Source of the DNA: a virus | DNA length: 64,000 nucleotides | Virus record (IMG/VR): IMGVR_UViG_3300046167_000554 | Location: 1-64,000 of that record | Strand: one strand, 5' to 3' | Part shown: positions 40,558 through 50,417 of the stretch, in pieces | Layout of the letters: the number at the start of each line of letters is the position of its first letter | How positions within the stretch are numbered: position 1 is the stretch's first letter | Position numbers and translations under genes: made by a program | Notes under the pieces: model-generated | Database searches by the model: none | What the model was told of the DNA's origin: nothing | The model's input: the letters and a program-made list of their open reading frames with translations, nothing else

Positions 40558-40904
40558 ATGGGTTTTTTAAATCTAAACAGTAGTATCCGATACGGCCCTA
40601 CGGCCCTCATGGGAAGAAACGGAAAACACGTGCATTTAATACAAAATCAAAACGTACTAAATACAACGAACTAATCTCACAACAACAGGAACTATATGAC
40701 CAAGTGATGAGAGAGGTTAAACAAGAATATCCATCATACGAGGGTATCCCTTTGACAGGTAATATTACACCTAAGAAGGAACCCATGCAATATACTGGTG
40801 AACGTAAGTTAATTGGTATTGCGACTATGCATAAGAGTAATGCAGTCCCCATCTTTGAGGACGACAAACAACATGCAGTCGATATTGCACGTATGAGAAG
40901 ATAA
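40558..40904 (+). CDS. Conserved T4-like hypothetical protein (8-nt duplication shifts the frame near 40590)
   Basis: C-terminus IGIATMHKSNAVPIF..IARMRR; duplicated tacggccc; TTGACA-18-TATAAT with ATG 6 nt downstream. Confidence 0.7.
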
Positions 40905-40947
40905 CTAAATAAACATATACATTATAACATATTATGGAGTACAAATA

Positions 40948-41819
40948 ATGGCAATTGAATTGGTAGTAATAAAAACTGAAGATAACGGAATTACTTCAGA
41001 CATGGTAAACAGATTAGAATTATCATTGAGTAGAGAGAGAAGTCTCATTAATGATGGTTTCAGAATGGCACGTCTGAATATACTTACAGACGACAAGACG
41101 GGTATTAAGAAAACAGAGAACATCAGATTCTTACCTTACGAGGGTAACGACAAGATTACCAACCCCGATTTCCTTAGAATACTACCACATGGTGGATTAG
41201 ACGAGACGATTAGTGAAATGACTAAGACTATCGTATTGGATGGTAACATCATTGCAAGAAACCTTATCACATCATTCCTCATGGATGGTATACCCGACAA
41301 AGGGACATGTAACGAAGGAAACTTCCCATTCACCAACGAACAAAGAGACGATATCAGAGACAATAACCTTACATGTGTTGACCAAGGTCATAACTGGTGG
41401 AAGAGTGATTCTGCAACAGTCTTTACAAGTGCATACATGGGATTCAATCAAACAGAAACCAAATACATGTACGACCTATTCATGGAAGACTCTGTTGCAA
41501 TCCAAGAGAAGTATAACACATTCCAAGAGTGGTGGGAAGATACCTTTGATGGTTTCACTACCCATCCCAAGGTAGGGCTCTCATAGGTGGTTATGCAATC
41601 AACGAAGAAGACGTTAACCTAACCTACAACAAACGATATGAAGAAGTCGTAAGACCTACTTTTCCCGAGAATTGGAGAGGAATAGGTGGTGATGAGAGTG
41701 CAAAGTATATCCATTTAGACCATGAATACAGAACCATTACCAAACAAACCAGTATCCTAATATTAGAAGGGGAAGACGACCCTTCAACAGATAGATACCT
41801 TGAACTATGGATTCTCTAA
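40948..41819 (+). CDS. Degenerate GT-A glycosyltransferase-like protein (frameshift near 41578)
   Basis: LNILTDD, TIVLDGNII resemble phage GT-A motifs; reading frame continues to 41819. Confidence 0.45.
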
Positions 41820-42492
41820 ACAGACCCAAGATAGATTCAGACCTATACTATTACCAGTCTATACAAAAGGAATTTCTAACCCCTCATGAGTGTAACGTCA
41901 TTCGTGAGGAGTTATTCAAACACGAAGAAGAAGTCCTTAGTATACCCCAAGAACCAATACATGACCAAGACTATGAAGGTCTCACACGTCAACATAGAGT
42001 CTTCAACTGGTTAACCAATCCAAGGATATCACGTCTAGGATTACCTAACAAACTATTTCAGATAGAACCCTTCAACACATGGGATTCTGCATACATCCAA
42101 TGTTGGGGGAACATACTACGACAAGGGGAGAAACTACAAGAACATTGTCATAGAGGAGACCACGACAACTGGGTATACTCTCACGACACGAGGGAAATTC
42201 CAACAGAGAACATTCAGATGGGCCGTCAACATCTTCATATCGGGTCATACGGATACAGGTACGACCATAGAGGGAAAGAAACACGAGAATAGTATCGGAG
42301 AAGTCACTGTATTCGGTGAGTGTGTCTTACATGAGGTAAAGACGAACTTCCATCAACAACCAAGGGTCAGTATGGCATTCGACCTATACAACCAAGATTA
42401 CCCCTAGTCATACCAAAGAAGACCAAAAACTCAAGAATCAACCATGGAGATTCATTCATTTCTCCAACCCATTCATCAAACAAACCCCATAG
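41807..42492 (+). CDS. 2OG-Fe(II) oxygenase (several indels)
   Basis: CWGNILRQGE..HCH; in another frame GEVTVFGECVLHEV...RVSMAFD. Confidence 0.7.
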
Positions 42493-42762
42493 AATCAACG
42501 TTTAGAATATAATTCCTCGGAGTCATATCAGAGGATGAATATAATGTGTGTAGTAGTGTGCAGAAGTGTGTAATTATATTCGTATTTGAGATGGATGAGA
42601 GAAAGACGAATAAAACGACTTTAGGTGGTGTTGTTCGGAGACCTAAACACGAGTTTTAGTGAGGAGTCAAGTGGGTCGAGAGGGTCGTCACACGTCTCTG
42701 AGGGTCTTAGAACGTCTGAGAGGGGTCTCTGAGATGCAGTGCCAGTAAGGGTTTCAGAGGTG

Positions 42763-42804
42763 TTGACAGTGTCCCTCACTTTTTGTTATACTATGTATAT
42801 AATG
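42763..42804 (+). promoter_or_regulatory. Early promoter (conserved repeated cassette)
   Basis: TTGACAgtgtccctcactttttgtTATACTatgtatataATG. Confidence 0.8.
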
Positions 42805-42930
42805 AGTAAGACAAGAAAAACCCTAAGAAGACTAGACATTTGGTTCTGTAACAGTTCATTCTGTTGTTTCCTATGTATGTTTGGTATCCCTATGGGTCTT
42901 ATCACTCTAGTAGGAGTATTGACATCATAA
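42802..42930 (+). CDS. Small membrane peptide
   Basis: Follows early promoter; hydrophobic C-terminus. Confidence 0.45.
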   Translation: MSKTRKTLRRLDIWFCNSSFCCFLCMFGIPMGLITLVGVLTS

Positions 42931-43111
42931 TGAATTAGTTAACGTAACAGGAAAATCCCCTAATTGCCTGTGACCATGGGGTGGAGAGAGGAGACAAGTG
43001 AGTCGTCTTAGTTATTGTTCTTCCCTTCATAGTAGTAGAGTAAGACTAAGGACACGAGAATCAGAGAATGAAACATAAGAACCCTCTCTGATTTGTTGTA
43101 TCTAGGGCTGC

Positions 43112-43141
43112 TTGACAATGACCCTCATAAAATGGTACACT
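43112..43141 (+). promoter_or_regulatory. Early promoter
   Basis: TTGACAatgaccctca...TACACT, 18-nt spacer. Confidence 0.7.
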
Positions 43142-43208
43142 AGTGTTATAATGGGGGAATGCATGTGAAAAACCTGTGCGGGAACATTCTTGACGCATAA
43201 GAAAGTAC

Positions 43209-43238
43209 TTGACAGTGACTCGTATTATTTGGTATACT
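43209..43238 (+). promoter_or_regulatory. Early promoter
   Basis: TTGACAgtgac...ggTATACTatgtacataATG. Confidence 0.75.
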
Positions 43239-43247
43239 ATGTACATA

Positions 43248-43457
43248 ATGGAGAAAGAGATGAACAACGGAATAATAGGTACTCACCTTGCAACCAATCA
43301 ACCCATAGAGATAGAACTGAACGAACAAGAGATGGAGTTAGGTCTATACAAGAGTGTTACTGGTGAAGAGAAGTGGGACACTATGTGTGCATTGGTACTT
43401 GAACGAACAGGTATAGAGATTATCGGACAGATAGAGATAGACTACATGGTAGGTTGA
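43248..43457 (+). CDS. Hypothetical early protein
   Basis: ORF after early promoter. Confidence 0.55.
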   Translation: MEKEMNNGIIGTHLATNQPIEIELNEQEMELGLYKSVTGEEKWDTMCALVLERTGIEIIGQIEIDYMVG

Positions 43458-43514
43458 TGGAAATAAACATGTTTTCCACTAGACAGATAGGGAGAGAAGT
43501 GTTATAATAGATGT

Positions 43515-43617
43515 ATTAAAGGGTTTACCACGGAGTTACCTTTATATTATGTGTCCAGTGAAGTCCGTGGGGGTTGTTACCGAAAGCACGTGAGGGAATG
43601 AGAAGTCCCTCTCCTTT
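43515..43617 (+). ncRNA. Candidate pseudoknotted small RNA
   Basis: Own promoter (TAGACA-17-TATAAT with extended TGn), no ORF, several complementary segments. Confidence 0.4.
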
Positions 43618-43800
43618 AGAGCACGCTCTAGCACGTCTTTGTACGTCTCAGAGGGGTAAGGGTAGGGGTATGTGTCTCAAAACGTCTTAGAACAGTACTG
43701 AGGGACTCCTAGAGAGCTGTGAGAACGACTCAACCCCCCATCCAATTATCTGTGGAGAGACGTATCTATAGGACACTTAATTTTTTTTTGGGGTATTTTT

Positions 43801-44061
43801 ATGAGTAAATTCGAAATAATACAAGGGAGTAAGTCCGAGAAGGATAAAATACTCTTATATAATGGTAGAGCAGTTGCATTTGAAGATGTTGCAAAGATGT
43901 GTATCTTCTTTATGGCCAACGAAGACAATCTTTATCCACCCCCTAGATATAAAGGTGGTCAGATGTTTATAGATTACATGACAGAGGTCTTAGAGACACG
44001 TAAAGTACCCACCGACAGTAAGTATGCAATCAAAAAGAACCACGGAGTAGTGAAAGTATGA
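43801..44061 (+). CDS. Hypothetical protein
   Basis: ORF track; first gene after non-coding region. Confidence 0.6.
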   Translation: MSKFEIIQGSKSEKDKILLYNGRAVAFEDVAKMCIFFMANEDNLYPPPRYKGGQMFIDYMTEVLETRKVPTDSKYAIKKNHGVVKV

Positions 44062-44282
44062 GTGTTAAGTCACGTAAGATACATAAAGAGACAGCAACAA
44101 CAGTAGGAACTGGGTTATTAATCAATTACCCATTGAATTTATTCCTGTTGTTTGTCTTTATTGACATATTATCATGGGAGAATACCTTTTACATAGGTAC
44201 TACCATTACTGCATTGATGACAGTCGTTGCATATACGAGAGTTTACACTATAAGGAGATGGTTTAATGACCGAACTGGATAA
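44058..44282 (+). CDS. Two-TM membrane protein
   Basis: ET..VGTGLLINY...RVYTIRRWF. Confidence 0.65.
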   Translation: MSVKSRKIHKETATTVGTGLLINYPLNLFLLFVFIDILSWENTFYIGTTITALMTVVAYTRVYTIRRWFNDRTG

Positions 44283-44568
44283 AGAAGAACCGATTTACAC
44301 TGAAGATGATAATATTCTTGTCTCTGAGACACCTTTTTATACCTTTGATTGGTATATTAAGTGGATTGCAAGTGTTTTTATTCTTGTGAGTATGTCTATA
44401 CGTGGTGTTGATGGGTTTGCAATGTTAGATTTGACCTTTAGTATCCTTGGTGTTGCACTATGGACTATTGTTGCATTCATTTGGAACGATAGAGCTCTCA
44501 TTGTCGTCAATCTTGTAGGACTCGGATTCCTTCTGAGGTCTTTTATTACGAATATGTGGTTACTCTAA
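44266..44568 (+). CDS. Three-TM membrane protein
   Basis: DWYIKWIAS...WNDRALIVVN. Confidence 0.65.
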   Translation: MTELDKEEPIYTEDDNILVSETPFYTFDWYIKWIASVFILVSMSIRGVDGFAMLDLTFSILGVALWTIVAFIWNDRALIVVNLVGLGFLLRSFITNMWLL

Positions 44569-45095
44569 TGATTCATACCCTTAAAGATTTCCTTCCCGAA
44601 GACCTTTCGTGTCGTATAAGGGATATTCTGATGGGTGATTCGTTTCCTTACTTCTATCGTGATGGTGTATCCTATGAGGGTGACAATAATTACTGTTTTG
44701 GTCATACCTTATTTAATGATGATGATGATTATCCCGAGGATTGTATTATTAATCCCGACTATAGTAAATTATTTAATCAGATTGGAATACCCCTCGTGTC
44801 TCGTATCAGTATGAGTAGACTGTTACGTATGAAAATCAACTGTTACCCTCGACAAACAAAAATAATTGCAGACAGGACGTTTGGTGGTATGCACGTGGAC
44901 TTTGCAAACAGACCTCATGTAGTGGGTATATACTCTGTGAATACGAACAATGGGTATACGTTGTTTGAAGATGGGACTGAGTGTCCTAGTATTGCAAACA
45001 CTATGTACATATTTGATGGTCGTATGCAACATTGTTGTGTTCACCAAACAGATGAAAACATACGTGTGAATATTAATATGGATTGGGAAGAATAA
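44568..45095 (+). CDS. 2OG-Fe(II) oxygenase-like protein
   Basis: RMKIN, MHVD, NTNNGYTLF, FDG..H, RVNIN. Confidence 0.78.
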   Translation: MIHTLKDFLPEDLSCRIRDILMGDSFPYFYRDGVSYEGDNNYCFGHTLFNDDDDYPEDCIINPDYSKLFNQIGIPLVSRISMSRLLRMKINCYPRQTKIIADRTFGGMHVDFANRPHVVGIYSVNTNNGYTLFEDGTECPSIANTMYIFDGRMQHCCVHQTDENIRVNINMDWEE

Positions 45096-45256
45096 TTATG
45101 AAACGTTTATTTAAATGGTTGTTTATTGGTGTTATTATAATGATAATGACGTATTTAACTTTAATCGGATGGCTCATCTCTCATGTGGAGTAGGTATATG
45201 TACAGAAAGTATGGATTTCCCTTGTGTCGTCTCGGTGTGTATGTGGATGTGAGTGT

Positions 45257-45421
45257 ATGAGATTATTAGAATGTAATTATGGTACTGAGGTTCGTATCTT
45301 CAGTGAACGACCTTTTGGTTATAAAAGATATATTGTAGAATGGGAAGACCATACTGAAATATTTAATGGGATGTGGTATTCCCTAGATAAAGTAAAAGAA
45401 ATAGTGGAGAAAAGACTATGA
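45257..45421 (+). CDS. Hypothetical protein
   Basis: Small ORF coupled to the next gene. Confidence 0.5.
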   Translation: MRLLECNYGTEVRIFSERPFGYKRYIVEWEDHTEIFNGMWYSLDKVKEIVEKRL

Positions 45422-45615
45422 GTGAATTAATATTATTACCATGGGTATTATTTAAATATATATTCTCACTGGGTTTGTGGGGTGTGTTGTTTATGACCCT
45501 TCATTACCAGTGGAAGAAACACGACTGTACTGAGTGGACTGTCAATGCAATCCGTTCACGTAGAAAAAAGAAAGTAATCAAAGATGATATCGATTGGGAA
45601 AATGGTGTACAGTAA
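45418..45615 (+). CDS. Small membrane protein
   Basis: GGAG RBS; hydrophobic N-terminus. Confidence 0.55.
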   Translation: MSELILLPWVLFKYIFSLGLWGVLFMTLHYQWKKHDCTEWTVNAIRSRRKKKVIKDDIDWENGVQ

Positions 45616-45794
45616 TGAGTAACACATTACTTGCAATTCACATAGTCTTTATTCTCGTGTTGGTATCTTCTTGTTGGTATCAAGGGTTTAAACATGGTAG
45701 AAAAAACATGGTCGAACAAATGATGGATGATGGTTTACTTACACCCAAACAATTAGTGGAATTTTACAAACTAAATAAACAGGTAGAAAAATAA
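45615..45794 (+). CDS. Small membrane protein
   Basis: TAATG coupling; TM N-terminus. Confidence 0.55.
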   Translation: MSNTLLAIHIVFILVLVSSCWYQGFKHGRKNMVEQMMDDGLLTPKQLVEFYKLNKQVEK

Positions 45795-45806
45795 TATAGG
45801 ATAATT

Positions 45807-46991
45807 ATGAAAATATATGGAGTTAATACATCTCATGACACTGCACTTTGTGTGAATGATGATGGTGTTATAAAAGATGTCTTTGAAGAAGAACGTAGTC
45901 GTAGACAAAAATACTTTACGATAGGTGAAAAGGAATGGGATACAGGTCTTGTTCTTGTTGAACATAAACAATTGGAGACGCCTGATGAGATTGTCTTTGC
46001 ATCTTTTGATAGACGACAACTCTCAATAGAGTTTAACGAAGACTTAATGAGGTTTAAACGTAAGAATCAAGACGAACTCTTGGAAGCCTTTACAGAATCC
46101 CAACTTACCTCAGATAGAATCGAAGAGATAAAACAAGAACACCCACAATGGTTTAATGTCTCAGACAATGTTTGTGAAGACAGTGACCATGGTATGTCGG
46201 AACCCGACTTTGCTATTTGTGAATCGGTTGCAGAACAACTGGGTATTGAAGAATATTTCTTTGAACACGAACATCACCTGTATCATGCAGAGTGTGGTTA
46301 TATTTTAAGTCCTTGGAAAGATACCGAAGATGCAATTGCAATTACCTTTGATGGTGGTGGAGCTCAGAAACATTATGATGCATATCCTAATTATCAAGAG
46401 ATAGAAGGTATATGGAAGTGTAGTCCGAACACTACACCCGTTCCTCAATTTCAGAAATTCTCTAACCATAGATTTTGTGGTGAGTTACACAATCAGTCTT
46501 TCAGTAATTACATGGAAGATTGTTTCACATGTCTTACTGATTTAACAGAAACCATTGATGGTGTTGAATGTGTCTTTACTAGTTTACCTAGTATGGGTAT
46601 GAACTTCTCTAACATGTCCTATGCACTTGGTTGTGACGACCATGGTCGTGCCGCAGGTAAGGTTATGGGAATGGCTTCCTATGGGTCACAAGGTCTCTCG
46701 ACCAATGTTTTTAATAAGTTTACAGTAGCACAAGAACTTGAGTTACAATCCTTTGGTCATACATGTGATTTAATACAGAAAGCAATCGATTTAAATCCCG
46801 AAATAAATAATATTGTATTGAGTGGTGGATTTGCATTAAATTGTACTAACAATTATAAGTACCTTCTTGCATTCCCCGACAAACAATTCTTTGTCGACCC
46901 CATTCCACATGATGGTGGGACAAGTGTTGGTGCATCATCTATATTATACAGAAATATCAAAGAGGGAGAAACAGAAAATGTTATTGACTAA
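45807..46991 (+). CDS. O-carbamoyltransferase N-terminal (Kae1-like) subunit, NodU/CmcH family
   Basis: GVNTSHD, HHLYHA, DGGG, GKVMGMASYG, LSGGFALNC, DGGTSVG. Confidence 0.9.
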   Translation: MKIYGVNTSHDTALCVNDDGVIKDVFEEERSRRQKYFTIGEKEWDTGLVLVEHKQLETPDEIVFASFDRRQLSIEFNEDLMRFKRKNQDELLEAFTESQLTSDRIEEIKQEHPQWFNVSDNVCEDSDHGMSEPDFAICESVAEQLGIEEYFFEHEHHLYHAECGYILSPWKDTEDAIAITFDGGGAQKHYDAYPNYQEIEGIWKCSPNTTPVPQFQKFSNHRFCGELHNQSFSNYMEDCFTCLTDLTETIDGVECVFTSLPSMGMNFSNMSYALGCDDHGRAAGKVMGMASYGSQGLSTNVFNKFTVAQELELQSFGHTCDLIQKAIDLNPEINNIVLSGGFALNCTNNYKYLLAFPDKQFFVDPIPHDGGTSVGASSILYRNIKEGETENVID

Positions 46992-47589
46992 TATATTAAG
47001 AGACCAAGAAGACGTGGTCAGAAGTTTAATTGACGACAAACAAATTATTGGTATGTTTCAGAATGCCTCTGAGTGGGGCCCTCGTGCATTAGGTAATCGT
47101 TCTATTATATTTGACCCTAGACATGAAGAAGCAAAACAAATCGTCAACGAGGTCAAACAGAGAGAAGCATACAGACCTTTTGCATGTACTGTATTAAAAG
47201 AAAATGCATCTGAATATTTTGAGATGTTACAATTAGAAGAATCCCCATGGATGTCATTTGCTATTCAAGCAAAAGAAAAAGCATATGATGAGATTCCTTC
47301 ATTGGTTCATGCAGACGGAACATGTAGAATCCAAACAGTGACCCAAGAACAGAACCCTAATTATTATAATCTAATAAAAGCATTTGGTGACGAGACTGGA
47401 ACTCCTATCTTGTTTAACACTTCATTTAACTTAGGTGGTGAATCATTAGTAGAAACAATCTATGATGCAATCGACACTTGTAATCGTTCAATGATTAATC
47501 AACTCTATGTTCCAATAGACCAAGAGATTGAAATACCTTATGCAATGATTAGACCCAAGAACACAAAAGAAATACAAAAAAGTGATTGA
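46978..47589 (+). CDS. O-carbamoyltransferase C-terminal (YrdC-like) subunit
   Basis: EWGPRALGNRSI, KQREAYRPFA, HADGTCRIQTV, NTSFN; own GGAG RBS. Confidence 0.9.
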   Translation: MLLTNILRDQEDVVRSLIDDKQIIGMFQNASEWGPRALGNRSIIFDPRHEEAKQIVNEVKQREAYRPFACTVLKENASEYFEMLQLEESPWMSFAIQAKEKAYDEIPSLVHADGTCRIQTVTQEQNPNYYNLIKAFGDETGTPILFNTSFNLGGESLVETIYDAIDTCNRSMINQLYVPIDQEIEIPYAMIRPKNTKEIQKSD

Positions 47590-47915
47590 AGTAACGGACT
47601 CAGCAATACAACAACTCCTTAAAAAGGATGTCAAGTTTATTAGACTTGGTGTTAAAGGTGGTGGTTGTGCTGGGTACGAATATTTTATAGAAGACACTAC
47701 ATCTTTTATTAAGATATCAGATAAGATTGTAAATTACGGAAAGGATTAATGTAGTGTTAGATGAATTGTCCGTACCCTATTTGAGTGGTTCAACATTAGA
47801 TTGGGTGCAAGAGGGACTTAATGAATTTTTTAAAATAATAAATCCAAAGGAAGAATCTTCTTGTGGATGTGGAGTGAGTATACAATTTAATGAAGACCTC
47901 GTCAGCAAAAGCTAA
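47582..47915 (+). CDS. iscA: A-type Fe-S carrier (IscA/SufA/HesB), frameshift near 47745
   Basis: IEVTDSA..RLGVKGGGCAGYEY...NPKEESSCGCGVS; missed by ORF track. Confidence 0.85.
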
Positions 47916-48252
47916 AGGTAGAAAACTTCAACAGTGGTTTACCAAAGTCCTTATCGAAGGACTCAATCTAAACGAAGAAGACTTAGAGTCAAGACCAATG
48001 GGTTCTCAAGGTGAGGATATCATTATGGGTCGTGAGTCTCGTGAACAATTCCCCTACTCTATCGAATGTAAAAATCAAGAAGCAGTCAACGTGTGGAAAG
48101 CATACGAACAAGCAGAATCTAATTGCAAAGGTTACGAACCTCTCGTAGTCATAAAACGTAACAGAAGTAAACCTCTCGTCCTAGTGGATGCAGAACATTT
48201 TGTAACACTTCATAATAAGTCACTTGACAGTGACCCTCAAAAAGATATATAA
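47890..48252 (+). CDS. PD-(D/E)XK nuclease (Holliday junction resolvase-like)
   Basis: KAKGR, GEDII, IECKNQE. Confidence 0.75.
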   Translation: MKTSSAKAKGRKLQQWFTKVLIEGLNLNEEDLESRPMGSQGEDIIMGRESREQFPYSIECKNQEAVNVWKAYEQAESNCKGYEPLVVIKRNRSKPLVLVDAEHFVTLHNKSLDSDPQKDI

Positions 48253-48253
48253 T
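48224..48253 (+). promoter_or_regulatory. Early/sigma70 promoter (probably leaderless)
   Basis: TTGACAgtgaccctca..TATAAT, ATG 7 nt downstream. Confidence 0.7.
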
Positions 48254-48260
48254 ACTTGTT

Positions 48261-48959
48261 ATGAATATGATACAAGAAAGAATGAAGAACAAAGCACTCG
48301 ATGCTTTTACGGAAGTAGAAGTACAGATTGATATGTTCTGTGACAAAGGTAAGTCTGATTTCTCAATGTACAAGTATCTTCGTCAATTAGATTACAGTGG
48401 TAAGGTCATTGGATATCTAAGAGGTGAACTTGCACAACAGATATTAGAAGTAAAGAACGAAGAAGGTTGTGAACAATTAGAAGAAGCTTATTCTTTTATG
48501 AACAAGACAACTAAGAAACGTTTTGTCAAATGGTTAGAAAGTATTGAGAAAGACATAGACAAGTATGTTGATGAATACAAACCAGTTCGTAAACCACCCA
48601 AACCTAAAACCCCAAAACAATTGGTGAGTAAATTACCTTACCTAAAACAATGGGGAAAATATAAATCAATCGACCCCGAAGCAATCATTCGTGCAAAGTT
48701 GTTATACACCTATAACACTTCAACACAAAAACTTACTAAGTTTGAATCCTATGGTGGACTCAAAGTTAGAGGAAGTAATATCATTGACTTTGACAACTGT
48801 ACAGAAAAGACCTTGACAGATGAGAAGTTACTTGATAGAATATATAAAGGTGGTAATATTATTGCAAGAGGTTTTATGGACGAGATACCTCGTTCCAAAG
48901 AGAAAGACGGAAACCCTAGGATTACCAAAAACATATTATTAATAAAAGTGATTACATGA
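48261..48959 (+). CDS. Conserved T4-like hypothetical protein
   Basis: QLEEAYS, SIDP..I, YNT motifs. Confidence 0.7.
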   Translation: MNMIQERMKNKALDAFTEVEVQIDMFCDKGKSDFSMYKYLRQLDYSGKVIGYLRGELAQQILEVKNEEGCEQLEEAYSFMNKTTKKRFVKWLESIEKDIDKYVDEYKPVRKPPKPKTPKQLVSKLPYLKQWGKYKSIDPEAIIRAKLLYTYNTSTQKLTKFESYGGLKVRGSNIIDFDNCTEKTLTDEKLLDRIYKGGNIIARGFMDEIPRSKEKDGNPRITKNILLIKVIT

Positions 48960-49798
48960 TACTAATAGATTTTACACAAACAATCATCGCAGGGATGATG
49001 GCACAATTAAAGATGAATGGTGGAGAAGTTAATGAGGACATGTTAAGACACATGATTCTAAACTCTGTCAGAAACTATCAAAAGAAATATGCACCCGAGT
49101 ATGGAGAGATAACACTCTGTACTGATGCAGCTCATCCTTGGAGACGTGATTACTATCCACTGTACAAAGCAAACAGAAAGAAGACTAGAGAAGCATCCGA
49201 CATGGATTGGAAACTAATCTTTGATACACTACAAACAGTTAAGGATGAGATACGTGATAACTTCCCGTACAGATATATGTACGTAGAGAATTGTGAAGCA
49301 GATGATATCATTGCAATCCTAGTTAAGAAGTATGCACCTCATGAGAAAGTTTTAATTGTCAGTGGTGATAAAGACTTTCAACAACTACATAAATACCCTA
49401 ACGTGAAACAGTGGTCTCCTAATCTAAACAAAATGATTAAGTGTGAAGACCCCGACTTATTCCTAAGAGAACATATTCTTACAGGTGATAAGTCAGATGG
49501 TGTTCCAAACATTCTATCTAGTGATGATTGTTTTGATTTAGGGATAAGACAAACACCTCTGAGAAAACCTGTAAAGGATAAGTATCTCAGAATCACCATT
49601 GAAAAGGACGATAAATACTATCGTAACTATTTAAGAAATCAAACTCTAATCGACCTTGAGTTTATTCCACCTCACGTAGTGGAGAATATTATTTCTGAGT
49701 ATGACAATACTGCACCAGTAAAAGGTAAAGTGTTTGACTACTTAAGAACCCATAGGTTGAATGAGTTATTAAATCATGTAGAGGATTTTACACTATGA
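48956..49798 (+). CDS. rnh: T4-type RNase H / 5'-3' exonuclease
   Basis: ILIDF, WRRDYYPLYKANR, EADDIIA, SGDKDFQQL, GDKSDGVPN. Confidence 0.95.
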   Translation: MILIDFTQTIIAGMMAQLKMNGGEVNEDMLRHMILNSVRNYQKKYAPEYGEITLCTDAAHPWRRDYYPLYKANRKKTREASDMDWKLIFDTLQTVKDEIRDNFPYRYMYVENCEADDIIAILVKKYAPHEKVLIVSGDKDFQQLHKYPNVKQWSPNLNKMIKCEDPDLFLREHILTGDKSDGVPNILSSDDCFDLGIRQTPLRKPVKDKYLRITIEKDDKYYRNYLRNQTLIDLEFIPPHVVENIISEYDNTAPVKGKVFDYLRTHRLNELLNHVEDFTL

Positions 49799-50313
49799 CA
49801 ACAGAAAAGAAAAAAGGAAGGGGTAGACCAAAAGGAGCTCCTAATAAACCAAAGTTAGAACTAATCACTGAAAGACAAACACTAACCAAAGATGCAGACA
49901 CATATGAAATACTATGTCAAGCAGATATCGTTGGTGCAGACAGTGTTGACCTTGCAGCTCAAGGACTAAAAGTTTACAACGATAGGAATGGTGCAATCAA
50001 ACCAATCCTACAGTGGGTGTTTGATGATAACATCACATCTAAGTTACCCGAAGGAACAACTCCTTATGGTGACAATGATGCACCAGCATCAGACCTTGCA
50101 CAAACAAGTTTAAGATTTGAACACAAGTTGTTTAAGTATTATGTAACAGAACAAATTCCACCCTCTAAAAGAGAGACTATGTGGATTGGTATGTTAGAAG
50201 GTATTCCAGTAATGGAAGCAAAATTAATAGATTTAGTTAAAGACGGAGTATGGCCATTCAAGAACATCACTAAGGATGTTGCAACAAAAGCCTTCCCCGA
50301 AGTAATCAAATAA
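49795..50313 (+). CDS. Conserved T4-like hypothetical protein (DUF6433-like) with AT-hook-like N-terminus
   Basis: GRGRPKG; LPEG.PY; KRETMWIGMLEG. Confidence 0.7.
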   Translation: MTTEKKKGRGRPKGAPNKPKLELITERQTLTKDADTYEILCQADIVGADSVDLAAQGLKVYNDRNGAIKPILQWVFDDNITSKLPEGTTPYGDNDAPASDLAQTSLRFEHKLFKYYVTEQIPPSKRETMWIGMLEGIPVMEAKLIDLVKDGVWPFKNITKDVATKAFPEVIK

Positions 50314-50417
50314 ATAAATATAAACAGTAGACAGAGACTATACATATTATAAAGGGAACTTAGTAATTAGTTCTAACAAGTTTTTAAATAGTTGAGTTCT
50401 ACTCCATGGAGTTTAAA

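Noticed and set aside
43549-43591. Hammerhead ribozyme
   Set aside because: GAAA is present but the CUGANGA core is not, and the stem III register does not fit.
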